NCBI GenBank assembly: GCA_046153645.1
Contig: JBJXGI010000095.1
Coordinates: forward strand, 1 to 39,181
Length of the DNA: 39,181 nucleotides
Source of the DNA: Elusimicrobiota bacterium
GTDB taxonomy: Bacteria > Elusimicrobiota > Elusimicrobia > F11
Direction of reading: 5' to 3'
Below, piece by piece: positions 26,504 through 36,500 of this stretch; position 1 is the stretch's first letter, and the number at the start of each line of letters is the position of its first letter. A program made the position numbers and the translations under genes. The notes beneath the pieces are model-generated. The model did no database searches, had not been told where the DNA came from, and saw only the letters and a program-made list of their open reading frames with translations.

Positions 26504-27418
26504 TCATAATTCCCATCTAATTCCATCAATATCGACTGTTAAAGGTGTATTCAACAGTCCTGCCACTAAAGCAAAAGGCACATTTATAGAAGTTTTTACC
26601 AAGCCAGGATAAGATGCTCCAATGGGCAAAGATATTTCCTGCCAATCAGTGCTTAACCGATTAAAACCATTAGAACCACTGACCAAAATAAAAGAAACGG
26701 TTTGTGGTGTCCGGTCACTAACATTAATTCGTATTTGTTCACCCACAGATAAAGTGCGATTAAGTCTCATCGTAAACTTAAGCGTACTTAATGAAGAAAG
26801 ATTTTTTGATAATCCTGCTGTTGGACCCGGAGCGCATCCGACACCGGGAGAGGTGGCCTTATCTAATGTAATTCCCCAAAAATCACCAGTAACCAAATTT
26901 GTCGCTCGCTGATATTTGGTTCCTTCAGGGGTGTAACCTGTGGATACTTCGCTTAAAAAATTAGATGGACATATCGTAAAAATATCACTTGAAATCCCTG
27001 CTTCGGAGGGAAGACCATCGTCGGTATAAACATTAAAAAAAGATGAAACTGGTTTGTAGGCCACAACCGCAATTTGAACGGTGGTGGTAAGACCGTCATA
27101 AGTAGCCGTAACAACTGCATCACCTAACTGATTGGCTTGAAACGTAACTGTTGGACCAATGGAAGAGCTAAGAGTTCCAACAGCACTTGAGGAAACAGTC
27201 CAAGTTGGAGTTACATTAATATCCTGACCATTTAACTGCCCTTTTGCAATAAGAGTGACACTTTCATTTTTAACAACGGAGGTCGCTGGAGGAGTAACAG
27301 AAAATTCATAAGTAGAAGCACTCAGGCGATTTTTTTTGGAGCAGGAAGAAAGAATAAATAAAGAACCTAACATACAGGTAAAAAGAAAAAAAGATTTATT
27401 CAAACGGTTTAATAACAT
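26504..27418 (-). CDS. Lipoprotein with Ig-like and CBM-like domains
   Basis: Lipobox LSSC; Ig+CBM pair resembling modules in 15422-19378 (PTWxV, NVYxD, PEG, WQEISLPI, IDGIRW). Confidence 0.75.
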   Translation of the reverse strand: MLLNRLNKSFFLFTCMLGSLFILSSCSKKNRLSASTYEFSVTPPATSVVKNESVTLIAKGQLNGQDINVTPTWTVSSSAVGTLSSSIGPTVTFQANQLGDAVVTATYDGLTTTVQIAVVAYKPVSSFFNVYTDDGLPSEAGISSDIFTICPSNFLSEVSTGYTPEGTKYQRATNLVTGDFWGITLDKATSPGVGCAPGPTAGLSKNLSSLSTLKFTMRLNRTLSVGEQIRINVSDRTPQTVSFILVSGSNGFNRLSTDWQEISLPIGASYPGLVKTSINVPFALVAGLLNTPLTVDIDGIRWEL

Positions 27419-27473
27419 ATTTCTCCAAATTTAACCGAGTGTAAAATTAATAAAAAAAAACGGCGGGTGCAAC

Positions 27474-28073
27474 CTAAAATCTTTTTTTCCAGCGAACCTG
27501 GGTTTTTCCTGAAAAATAGGCTAATTCCATAGAATGATCTTGCACAGAATAAAGGGAGTCATAGGCACTCTTATAGGCATCGAACATGGAGGCAATCCAT
27601 AAAGCCCCCGCAGAAATCCCCAAGACCAAGGCAATGGAACGTTCATCTTCATAGTCTGAATAAAGAGAATCATCTTTAGAACCCTTATTCTTATACTCAT
27701 CATAAGACTGATTCGCCTGTTGTCGAACAACATAACTCCCAACTGCGGTGGTTAAAAATCCAAAAAGGAATACACCTCCTTTTTTTCTTTGTTGATTAAA
27801 TGCCTGTCCCCAACCGGGAACAATAACCGAACGAATGAGCGCACTCTTAGGAGATCTTTGTGTCAAATCAAACACGTGATATTGAATTTCGTCGCCTTCT
27901 CCTTTAACACCAAAGATACGGCCAAACACAGCGCGCCCAGCTTCAGCAGGGAGAAAAATAGGTTTATCCAAATTTAAATAGTCAATCCCTTGATCTTGAG
28001 CGTATCCCAAGGAAACGTTTAAAGTAAAAATGGTTAAAACCGATAGAAAGTGAAATGTTGTTTTAAGGTTCAT
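27474..28073 (-). CDS. DUF5683-like membrane protein
   Basis: SPKSALIRSVIVPGWGQAFN...KKG, two hydrophobic helices, LWIASMFDAY. Confidence 0.7.
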   Translation of the reverse strand: MNLKTTFHFLSVLTIFTLNVSLGYAQDQGIDYLNLDKPIFLPAEAGRAVFGRIFGVKGEGDEIQYHVFDLTQRSPKSALIRSVIVPGWGQAFNQQRKKGGVFLFGFLTTAVGSYVVRQQANQSYDEYKNKGSKDDSLYSDYEDERSIALVLGISAGALWIASMFDAYKSAYDSLYSVQDHSMELAYFSGKTQVRWKKRF

Positions 28074-28722
28074 ACTGGATATCATCTATATAAATTGTTC
28101 CACCCTCTCCAGCATTGGTGGTTCGCGGCGGTTGAGCATATTGAAAAGAGAAAGTAGCGAATACTTTCACATTATTAAAATGTGAGGGGGTGATATTCAA
28201 TGTAACTGCCCTCCAATCAGAAGTAAGATCAGTAGAAGTTAATTCGGTTCTAGAAGGGGTGATTCCTCCATCCCCATCATCCGGCCCTTCAATACGTAAA
28301 GTTGTATGACTTGATAATGCTCCCCTGATAAAAAATTTCATTTTGGTATAACCAGAAGCAGAAAGATCTTTACCCATAGCAGAAGTTAAATTTGTGAAAT
28401 TGGGAGTGATGAGCAATGAAAATCCAGCAAACAAATGATTACCGGGAGATGGGTCATTCCCATTCCACGTGTATCCAATGGCATTAACTGTTCGACGAGG
28501 ACTGGTTTGATCAGCAAGATTAATTGATTGATTATCTCCGCTAGGAATAAAACCTAACCCACCACCCGTCTTCAGTTCTTCATCATAAATTGTATAAATC
28601 GCAGCACTTTGAGGAACCGCACTTTCACTCATCGGATTGGTCAATCGTTCAACAGGATTCCTTTTACAAGCAGAAAAACCGAGCAAAAAAAACAACACAG
28701 ACAATCTTAACATCCTTGTCAC
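28063..28722 (-). CDS. Lipoprotein with a single CBM-like beta-sandwich
   Basis: Lipobox FSAC; DLSASGYTKMKFFIRG, LTSDWRAVTL, IYIDDIQY. Confidence 0.75.
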   Translation of the reverse strand: MTRMLRLSVLFFLLGFSACKRNPVERLTNPMSESAVPQSAAIYTIYDEELKTGGGLGFIPSGDNQSINLADQTSPRRTVNAIGYTWNGNDPSPGNHLFAGFSLLITPNFTNLTSAMGKDLSASGYTKMKFFIRGALSSHTTLRIEGPDDGDGGITPSRTELTSTDLTSDWRAVTLNITPSHFNNVKVFATFSFQYAQPPRTTNAGEGGTIYIDDIQYEP

Positions 28723-29879
28723 TTTTTCTCACCTTCGGGCAATAATGACACTTCAACTCTCTTATTTTGATTTCTTCCCTCTGGAGAATCATTGGACTCC
28801 GGAGTCAATGGCTTTTCTTCGCCTAACCCATCAACCTCCATCCGAATTTCATCAACACCGTTACTTTCAAGGTAATCAGCTACAGCATTGGCTCTCTCGA
28901 GAGAAAGTCGTTTATTTGTATCAGCTGAACCGACATTATCGGTATGACCTTCTATAGAAATAATAGTTTTGGGATATTTTTTTGCCAAAGAAACAATTTC
29001 ATCTAATATTTTTTTTGTTTCCGAAGAAAAAGCAGTTCTAGCACCGGAAAAGGGAATATTTTTTTTAACTCTTTCTATTAATTTTGGGTTTATATTTTCG
29101 AGAGTTGGATTTAAATCTGTTGGAGTTTCAGAGTTTACCTGTGGTTCTGGTTCAAAATTCTCTTTAGGCTTGGGCTCATTTTTTCCATCAAAGAATATTT
29201 CATCTACGAAAAATGTCGCCCCATAGGGGTTATCTAATTTTCGAACACTAAAAGAGAACCCGCCGGCAATATGTCTCAAATCTTTTCCCATGAGATCTAT
29301 TTCATATTCTTTCCATTCTCTGGTTAATTTAATAGGACCATAGGTGATACCATCTGTATCTGGATAAGGACCCACAAGGCCACCAATTTTAATTTGAGAA
29401 ATCTCCTCACCTCCACGGGCGCCTCTCATCCAAAAAGTAAGTTTATTTGCATGACTCAGATTAAAGCCAGCTCCTTTAATTTTTGCCCAATTATTGGCCG
29501 GAGTAAGCCAATACATGCCTGCCCACCCTAAACGTCCTTTAGCAGAATATGAAACACGAATACAAGATCGTCCCTTTTGGTTTAATCTTAACGGAGCAGA
29601 TTCATCAAATGAGGTGATCTTTAACGCCGTTCCATCCCCCATATAACCACTGGCTATAAATTGAGGTTGTTGCGAACCACTTTCACCATACACAACGAGA
29701 GGAAGTTTGGTTTCTTTTGCCGCTATTGGAATGCCCCCAGGATTAGAAAGAGAATATTCATCTCTCCGTTCAAGTGGAGCAGGGATTCTCCCCTTGGCAA
29801 ACAGAAATAAAAAATTGCCGCATAAAACCATCAGCGCAATTAATCCTATTCGATAAAAATAATAAAAAGAAAAAGTCAT
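28719..29879 (-). CDS. CBM-like domain + OmpA-family peptidoglycan-binding domain
   Basis: N-domain paralogous to 29925-30596; IEGHTDNVG...NKRLSLERANAV...NKRVEV. Confidence 0.85.
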   Translation of the reverse strand: MTFSFYYFYRIGLIALMVLCGNFLFLFAKGRIPAPLERRDEYSLSNPGGIPIAAKETKLPLVVYGESGSQQPQFIASGYMGDGTALKITSFDESAPLRLNQKGRSCIRVSYSAKGRLGWAGMYWLTPANNWAKIKGAGFNLSHANKLTFWMRGARGGEEISQIKIGGLVGPYPDTDGITYGPIKLTREWKEYEIDLMGKDLRHIAGGFSFSVRKLDNPYGATFFVDEIFFDGKNEPKPKENFEPEPQVNSETPTDLNPTLENINPKLIERVKKNIPFSGARTAFSSETKKILDEIVSLAKKYPKTIISIEGHTDNVGSADTNKRLSLERANAVADYLESNGVDEIRMEVDGLGEEKPLTPESNDSPEGRNQNKRVEVSLLPEGEKK

Positions 29880-29884
29880 AGAGA

Positions 29885-29917
29885 ACCCTGCTCCCTAGTT
29901 TCCTATGAGAGCAGGGT
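29885..29917 (-). terminator. Intra-operon hairpin (leaky terminator or stabiliser)
   Basis: Minus strand accctgctc-tcatag-GAAA-ctagg-gagcagggt, ending 5 nt before the next ATG. Confidence 0.6.
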
Positions 29918-29924
29918 AAAAAAA

Positions 29925-30596
29925 TTATTTCTCTAAACGAATCTCATCGACATAGATATTGAAACCTTTGGGGTTCGCATCGGCGTTAGCCGCAAATCCA
30001 AAACCACCAATGATATGGCTCAAATCAAGTCCTTTGAGATCAATAGTATATTGTTTCCATTCTTTTCCGAGTGACACAGGAGCAATTGAGGCTTCATCAG
30101 AATCACCTTCTTCGGTCTGACCTGTAATTCCCCCAATGAAGAATTTATCAACAACTTCATCCCCTCTTTCTCCCTTGGCCCAGAAAGTAAGTTTTGTATA
30201 GCTAGAAAGATCAAAACCACCACGTTTATCTCCCCAGTTATTGGCTGGATGTTGCCAGTAAATACCACCCCATCCCGCACCTTGCTTTCTTTCTGCTGTG
30301 TACTTGATTTGAATACAAGTATCTTCTGTAGCAGCAGCTTTATCTTTTTTAGCATCCTTGGTTGCTGGTTTATCTGCCTTTACCCAACCTTGGTTCAATT
30401 TCAGATCTCCAAAATCGCCCATCCATCCTGAAGGCGCATAATGGTTCAAACGAGAACCACGATCTGCGTAGATATAAAAGGTAGCATCCCCGGCAGACTT
30501 TTCTTTCCCTTTTTCCACAGGCGCCGCCGAAACCAAACTGGAAATAAACAAGCCTAATCCAAGAATAAACACCTGAGCTGCTTTATGATTCTTCAT
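29925..30596 (-). CDS. Secreted stand-alone CBM-like protein
   Basis: Very strong SD (gaggaggag), signal peptide, PSGWMGD, GWGGIYWQHPANNW, DLSSYTKLTFWAKG, IYVDEIRL. Confidence 0.8.
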   Translation of the reverse strand: MKNHKAAQVFILGLGLFISSLVSAAPVEKGKEKSAGDATFYIYADRGSRLNHYAPSGWMGDFGDLKLNQGWVKADKPATKDAKKDKAAATEDTCIQIKYTAERKQGAGWGGIYWQHPANNWGDKRGGFDLSSYTKLTFWAKGERGDEVVDKFFIGGITGQTEEGDSDEASIAPVSLGKEWKQYTIDLKGLDLSHIIGGFGFAANADANPKGFNIYVDEIRLEK

Positions 30597-30655
30597 TTTT
30601 ACTCCTCCTCGTTTTGAGAGATTTTATACATCATTCCCATCTCTCCGGGGAAAAA

Positions 30656-32629
30656 TCAACGCGCCTGATACCCTGGCTGCGAAGGATTTTCAAATTGAAA
30701 CAAAAATCCGAATCGATGTGTAAACAAAGTTCGTATTTCATCAAATGAGCCTAAATCTGAGTTATTAAACAAGCTATCATCTTGACGAGCACCAAGATAA
30801 GATATTTTGATATTTGTATTCAAACTCAATTTATAACTCACTCCACCTCCAAACAATCGATCATAAATCAAACCAAAAAATCTATGTGTATTTCTTTCAG
30901 GGCCCCAAACACTTGAACCAAAATGCGCCCATGTCGTCATACGTTTGGTATCCAAACTTGTTTCAAATGAATAATACTCAGACAGCGGTTTCGTCGTTGA
31001 GGCATTATCTGTATAAGCAAGACCAGAAATTGCTGGAGACTGCCCTCCCGCAAAACCAACAAACCATCTTCTTTGTTGGATTTTTCCTGTTAATAAAACT
31101 TTAAATTCATGCAGAGGATGTTTTGTTGCCCAAGCCCCTGATCTTCCCGCTGATTCCCAAACGATATGACCGCCCTCATCATAATAATACTGTCGATCCG
31201 TCGTGGTGCGATAATCACTTAAAATATGCTGAAAACCAAGGATAAAAAAAGCATCTTCGTCCTTACTTATATTCCAAGAAGAAAAATCATTTGATCCATA
31301 TTTGAATAATGAAGTTCCAGGGGTAGGGTCTAGAACTAAAGTACTGGTTAAGAAAACCGCCTCACGATTATCCCAATTCACTGTAAAAGGTGATTCAGGC
31401 CCTCGCGGATTGGCCAATACAGCTCCAATATTATTAGGTGTTCCCTGATACAAAAACGGGATGGGACCTTCAATTGGCTTACGATAAGTATATGAAAATG
31501 ATCCACGAAGGGTTTTAACAAAGTTTGTAGCAAAACCCAAGTCAATTTGATTTTTATTTCCGGCAAGAATTCCAGCATGTGTTGCTTCGGCATTGTAATC
31601 AAACACCATATTCTTCACAGGAAAAGAACTTTCCCATCTGATTTTTTCTGCCAGCGCGTCTTCTTTTTTAGATTTTTTTTGTGAAACTTGAGTGGCTGAC
31701 CCGCCAAGACCAGAGCCGAAGGAAGTTTTGTCACTCACCAAATATGTTTTCCCCACTCGGAATGGATTATACAACGCCCCTACCTGTAAATTAAACCCTT
31801 TGTCCGAGGGAAAATACCAAGAAAGTGAGTACGCCATGTTTCGTTCGTCTGGATCATCGAAAGGAGTGGGAACATCTTGATTCTGATATACAAAGGTAAA
31901 TTTACTTGTATTCAATGGTAGGCTAATGCGACCAAATACACCTTCAGAAAAACCCCATTGAAGTTCTCGGCCATAAGCAGCGGCCGTTTCTAAACCGAAA
32001 AATTGAGCCCCCCCCTCAAACCCACGAGGAATTCTACGCTTAGAAATATTCTGATAAAAATCTTGATTATAACTTTCAGGATAAGAACCAAAAAAACCAG
32101 AACCACCAAGGTAATTATCATCTGGATAGGAAGCGGCGTATAACCGAAAAAAATCGCCTTGTTCATACCAATCCCCATGACCAACGCCTTCATAACCACG
32201 AATGTACCAATTGTCTTTATCAAGGCGGGCTTCAGCTTGTTTTACAAATATGTGCCGATCAGAGATATCATTGCGATGTTCTATATTTACTGGTCGCCAA
32301 AATCGATCAGCGTACTCTAATTGACCATGAAATAAAACTCGCCCAAAAAAATCAGGTGTTATTCTTGTGGCAACTTCGGTTAGTAAACTTTGCCCCCATC
32401 CAGCTTTCCAGGGGGAATTACTCGTAGGATCCTTCAAAAATGATTTATTGACCCCAGTATCACTCACCCGCCAACCAGGAACCGTTCGATTTAATGTATT
32501 TTCAAAAATAAGTTCATGAGACAAACGCAATGATCCAGGTTCCACATAAACCGCATCATCGGCTTTCGTTGAAGAAACCAAAAATAAACAAATTAAAAAA
32601 AAGGGTGTCTTATATAATTGTTTTTTCAT
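30656..32629 (-). CDS. Hypothetical exported protein, probable outer-membrane beta-barrel
   Basis: Signal peptide; aromatic/Gly-rich alternating strands throughout; no alpha-helical TM segments. Confidence 0.6.
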   Translation of the reverse strand: MKKQLYKTPFFLICLFLVSSTKADDAVYVEPGSLRLSHELIFENTLNRTVPGWRVSDTGVNKSFLKDPTSNSPWKAGWGQSLLTEVATRITPDFFGRVLFHGQLEYADRFWRPVNIEHRNDISDRHIFVKQAEARLDKDNWYIRGYEGVGHGDWYEQGDFFRLYAASYPDDNYLGGSGFFGSYPESYNQDFYQNISKRRIPRGFEGGAQFFGLETAAAYGRELQWGFSEGVFGRISLPLNTSKFTFVYQNQDVPTPFDDPDERNMAYSLSWYFPSDKGFNLQVGALYNPFRVGKTYLVSDKTSFGSGLGGSATQVSQKKSKKEDALAEKIRWESSFPVKNMVFDYNAEATHAGILAGNKNQIDLGFATNFVKTLRGSFSYTYRKPIEGPIPFLYQGTPNNIGAVLANPRGPESPFTVNWDNREAVFLTSTLVLDPTPGTSLFKYGSNDFSSWNISKDEDAFFILGFQHILSDYRTTTDRQYYYDEGGHIVWESAGRSGAWATKHPLHEFKVLLTGKIQQRRWFVGFAGGQSPAISGLAYTDNASTTKPLSEYYSFETSLDTKRMTTWAHFGSSVWGPERNTHRFFGLIYDRLFGGGVSYKLSLNTNIKISYLGARQDDSLFNNSDLGSFDEIRTLFTHRFGFLFQFENPSQPGYQAR

Positions 32630-34572
32630 TTTATTTCATCATTCAAAGCAATAGACCGTTTTTTCCTTAAAGGGAAAGACAATGATTCTTTCCAGGGTCC
32701 ATTTTTAAAAGCATAAAACGCTGGACGAAGTCTCCTAAGAAAAGGGCTTGAGTTGCCATCACCTTGAGTTGCAACACCCAACCATTCTTCATACATCGAC
32801 CCATCAATAAAAGGACCGTTAAACTGGACTGTTGTATCTTGAGACCAAACATCACCCTGAGGCCCAGACTTCCACCACTCATCAACCCACTCAAAAAGAA
32901 CACCGCCTAAAGAATTACCCATTCCATATCCAGCGCTATTGACCATAATATCTTTCCAGTTATTTAAAAGATAGGTCGATTGCGCTTTCTCTATATCTGA
33001 GGTCTTCATTCCTTCGGCATAAGCCGGGCATCCAAATTCTCCGATTAAGACTGGTTTTTTCCAAACACGGGCTAAATTCTGCCAAAAACTTTTTCCCATC
33101 CCATTCATACCGCGGTAAGCATTTATGGCCAATACATCAATTTCTGGGGCTTCGCGCGCTACGATATCAATATATTCAATATCTCCAATAGAAAGAGCCA
33201 CCGGACGATCAGGATCCAATAACTTAATCATTCGGGCGATGGAATTTACAAACTTTAAAAAGACTTGGGGTTTTAAATCTGCATTATTTCCATGCCCATA
33301 ATTATTTTCATTTCCCAACACCCACATCAGAACATAATCCTCATTGCGATGCCCCATGACCATTTCCTGGACACTGCGCCTCATATTCTCTCTTTGTTCC
33401 GGATTATTATAATCCGTTCCTTGCTCCCAAGACGCGTCAGAACCAACCGTATAGGCTCCCAGTAAATCCCCCATTAAAACCCTAATTCCATAGCGCTCGT
33501 TTAAGTCCTTAAGTAGTTCTTTATTTTCTCCATGATGATAAAGTCTAATGGTATTAGCGCCCATTTTTTGCAACAGTTTAAAATCCCCCACAGGATTTTC
33601 AGAATGATCACGCTGATTGTTTCCATTCTCATCAACCCAAGACTCATAAGGGGCGTCAATAATTCCATTATTATTTGTATCTTCTTCCATCCAATCAGAG
33701 TGCGGTTTAAAATTATCCCAATCGGGAGAACGTCCAACCGGAGAAGGTGAATAACTTACCCCGCGAATAATATAGGGTTTTCCCTCCACAAAAAGACGCC
33801 AATGGCCATTCTGATATTGGGCCAATTGAACTTTTCCAACGCCTTTAAATTTTTTGACATATCCCAAAGGACCAGAAGATTTTTTTTGCAATCGCCCTTT
33901 GGCCCAATGTCCTGGATTAACGATAAAAACATCATTGGTTCCTTTTCGATCAAATCCGTTTTCTACTGTAATACCCGCGTCAACCAAAGTTAAGCCCCAG
34001 GGAGGATTTTGCTCTAAAAGACGATAAACTGAATCAAGTGCCGCCACTCCAATGTACCAAGGCCGCCCCTCTTGCCACATCACTTCTTTTGGAAAATGCA
34101 CCACTATTGAATAATATGCTTTTAAAGCTTGCTTCGAATATCCAGATAATTCTAAGCACTTGGCGACATTAAACAAACGTAAACCTGGTTGAGATCCCCC
34201 ACTCATTGAAGCCCACTTGAAAAAAGCCAACTGCGGTTTTTTAAGCGGTTGAAATTCTTCTAAAGATCCAACCAGTCGGTTTAACTTGACGTATTTTTGA
34301 TATACAGGTTCTCGAAAAATTCCCGTCTCATTTGGATATATTCCTGTGCCAACAGCTTTAGCCAATCCGCGCCGATCAGTAACAATATATCGATAATCAG
34401 ATGTGCCAACATTTTCAAAACGACCATAAGACTCAAAATTAACGGGGTTTTCAATTCCTGTATCTTGGAGAGGAAAAAGAGGAGTTTCTCCGGCGAAGAA
34501 AAACGATGGAGGTAAGATGAGAATAAAAAAACAGAATATCTGTCTAGAATATTTCTTTACGTTTAATCTCAA
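32626..34572 (-). CDS. Exported clan GH-A glycoside hydrolase (GH2 TIM-barrel-like) with N-terminal helical/TPR-like region
   Basis: MGANTIRLY, MWVLGNENN (acid/base), INAYRG, PVLIGEFG (nucleophile), FEWVDEWWK. Confidence 0.85.
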   Translation of the reverse strand: MRLNVKKYSRQIFCFFILILPPSFFFAGETPLFPLQDTGIENPVNFESYGRFENVGTSDYRYIVTDRRGLAKAVGTGIYPNETGIFREPVYQKYVKLNRLVGSLEEFQPLKKPQLAFFKWASMSGGSQPGLRLFNVAKCLELSGYSKQALKAYYSIVVHFPKEVMWQEGRPWYIGVAALDSVYRLLEQNPPWGLTLVDAGITVENGFDRKGTNDVFIVNPGHWAKGRLQKKSSGPLGYVKKFKGVGKVQLAQYQNGHWRLFVEGKPYIIRGVSYSPSPVGRSPDWDNFKPHSDWMEEDTNNNGIIDAPYESWVDENGNNQRDHSENPVGDFKLLQKMGANTIRLYHHGENKELLKDLNERYGIRVLMGDLLGAYTVGSDASWEQGTDYNNPEQRENMRRSVQEMVMGHRNEDYVLMWVLGNENNYGHGNNADLKPQVFLKFVNSIARMIKLLDPDRPVALSIGDIEYIDIVAREAPEIDVLAINAYRGMNGMGKSFWQNLARVWKKPVLIGEFGCPAYAEGMKTSDIEKAQSTYLLNNWKDIMVNSAGYGMGNSLGGVLFEWVDEWWKSGPQGDVWSQDTTVQFNGPFIDGSMYEEWLGVATQGDGNSSPFLRRLRPAFYAFKNGPWKESLSFPLRKKRSIALNDEIK

Positions 34573-34669
34573 TTCAGTTAACGCCGTTATCTATAGAAAA
34601 TTTCTTTGCTCGACGGATTTCATCGGCAAAACTTTCGGAAAGAGTTTACTACAATCGCGAAAAGAATCG

Positions 34670-35575
34670 CTAGCCTTTTAAAGCACCGGCGGTGACACCG
34701 GCAATAATATGACGTTGAAGAAAGATATAAATAATAACTATGGGGATAATCGAAATAGTCATTCCGGCCATTAATAGCGGATACTCAGTGAGAGTTCCCC
34801 CCCAAAATTTAACCAATCCGAGCTGGAGAGGCATAAGTGATTGAGACTGTAAAACCAATTGCGCCAACATAAATTCATTCCAAACACTTAAAGCAGTAAA
34901 TAAAGCCACAACAGCCAAGGCAGGTTTTGCTAGAGGTAAAGCGACATGTCGATAAATACCGAACCGACCACATCCGTCAATGCGAGCCGCATCTTCTAAA
35001 TCTTTTGGAATACGTTCAAAAAAGGGACGCAATATAAATAACCCTAAGGCAAGTCCACCATTAATTTGTGGGAGCATATACCCCAGTCGAGTATCAATTA
35101 ATCCCAATTTAGCCAGAAGAACATACAAAGCAACAATCGCGCCCGGAACTGGAATCATAATCGTAATAAGAAACATGTAATAAATAAAATTTTTCCCTGG
35201 AAACTGAAATCTGGCAAAAGCATAAGCCGCCATTGAGGAAATAAATAAAACGCCTAACACGCAAACGGTCGTATAAAAAATGCTATTAAAAAAATAAATA
35301 CCAAATTTTCCTTTTGTCCAGGCTTGTGCATAATTTTCAAAATGCGCGTGAACAGGAATAAGACTTAAGTCAGAAAACACAGTTGATTGCGTTTTTAAAG
35401 ATGAGGATAACATCCAGATCAAAGGGAAAATACAACTAGCAGCCACCACCAGCAGAATAGAATGCTTAACAAGACTCTTGACGACTCGAATTGCCTTTAA
35501 ACGAATTTGTTCGGAGGCATATTTTTTCTTCTGTGGCGAAATAATCTGAGAAGGAACTATATTTGAAGTAGACAT
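34670..35575 (-). CDS. Carbohydrate ABC transporter permease (MalG-like)
   Basis: IPKDLEDAARIDG loop, AYAFARFQFPG, AGALKG end. Confidence 0.95.
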   Translation of the reverse strand: MSTSNIVPSQIISPQKKKYASEQIRLKAIRVVKSLVKHSILLVVAASCIFPLIWMLSSSLKTQSTVFSDLSLIPVHAHFENYAQAWTKGKFGIYFFNSIFYTTVCVLGVLFISSMAAYAFARFQFPGKNFIYYMFLITIMIPVPGAIVALYVLLAKLGLIDTRLGYMLPQINGGLALGLFILRPFFERIPKDLEDAARIDGCGRFGIYRHVALPLAKPALAVVALFTALSVWNEFMLAQLVLQSQSLMPLQLGLVKFWGGTLTEYPLLMAGMTISIIPIVIIYIFLQRHIIAGVTAGALKG

Positions 35576-35576
35576 A

Positions 35577-36500
35577 CTAATCAGCCTTTACCCGTTTAGA
35601 AATTTGGATCTGAATCATCGACAAAATAAGCAAAAACCCACCAAATACCAAACCCATAGCGCAAGCATACCCCAAACGAGAACCAGGCGTAATTTCGTTT
35701 AATATTCTTTTCATAGGAACTTCGGTATGACTCCCTGGGCCGCCACCAGTGGTGGTAATGACCAAATCATAAATTTGCATTGTCCCCAAAATCGTCAGAA
35801 CACTAACAAGAATAAAGACGGGAATCATAAGAGGCACTGTAACTTTCCAAAAAATCCGCCATTCACTGGCCCCATCCACTCGCGCTGCTTCATATAATTC
35901 TCTTGGGATACCTTGTAACCCTGCCAACAAGATAATGAAACCCCATCCAAAACCTTTCCACATATGAACAACAGAAAGGGAAGTAAGTGCTGTTGTGGGA
36001 TCAGCCAACCACGCTCGTTTCCAAGTTTCAAGGCCCAACTTCGTAAAAACAGAATTAAGCAATCCGTAATCACCTTGATAAATCCAATTCCAGATAAGGC
36101 CCACAACAATTCCAGACAAGATCGGAGGAAGGAAAAAAATGGAACGATAAATCTGACCACCTTTAATATCTCGATCAACCAACCAAGCCAACATAAGCGC
36201 CAACCCATTTTGAACAGTGAGCGCAAGGATCGTGATATAAATGGCATTCTTAATGGAGATCCACCATTCGGGGTTATCAAATAAGATATCTTTGAAATTA
36301 AAAATCCCAACAAATGGTGCCCGAGAAAATTCAGATATTCCATTCCACTTATATAAAGATAACTGCAACACTTTGAAATAAGGATAGAGGTTAAACATGA
36401 CGAACATCAAAACCGCTGGGATGATAAATAAATAATTACTCATCACCGACCAATCGGTTAAAAATGAAAAACGCTGTTTTAAACTCTGCTTTTGAGCCAT
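35577..36500 (-). CDS. Carbohydrate ABC transporter permease (MalF-like)
   Basis: LAGLQGIPRELYEAARVDGA, TGGGP, GYACAMG. Confidence 0.95.
   Translation of the reverse strand: MAQKQSLKQRFSFLTDWSVMSNYLFIIPAVLMFVMFNLYPYFKVLQLSLYKWNGISEFSRAPFVGIFNFKDILFDNPEWWISIKNAIYITILALTVQNGLALMLAWLVDRDIKGGQIYRSIFFLPPILSGIVVGLIWNWIYQGDYGLLNSVFTKLGLETWKRAWLADPTTALTSLSVVHMWKGFGWGFIILLAGLQGIPRELYEAARVDGASEWRIFWKVTVPLMIPVFILVSVLTILGTMQIYDLVITTTGGGPGSHTEVPMKRILNEITPGSRLGYACAMGLVFGGFLLILSMIQIQISKRVKAD

Noticed and set aside
27452..27473. T9 run after the DUF5683-like gene as a terminator
   Set aside because: No convincing stem precedes the T-run.
34625..34669. GGCAAA...GAAA stem resembling the start of a c-di-GMP-I riboswitch
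   Set aside because: It lies on the strand opposite the genes and lacks the following GACGCAAAGC and P3 elements.
35825..36343. 172-aa alternate-frame ORF, and the other short nested ORFs in the track (e.g. 609-1058, 4460-4876, 22997-23377)
   Set aside because: Fully nested in confident genes, with no motifs or RBS support.
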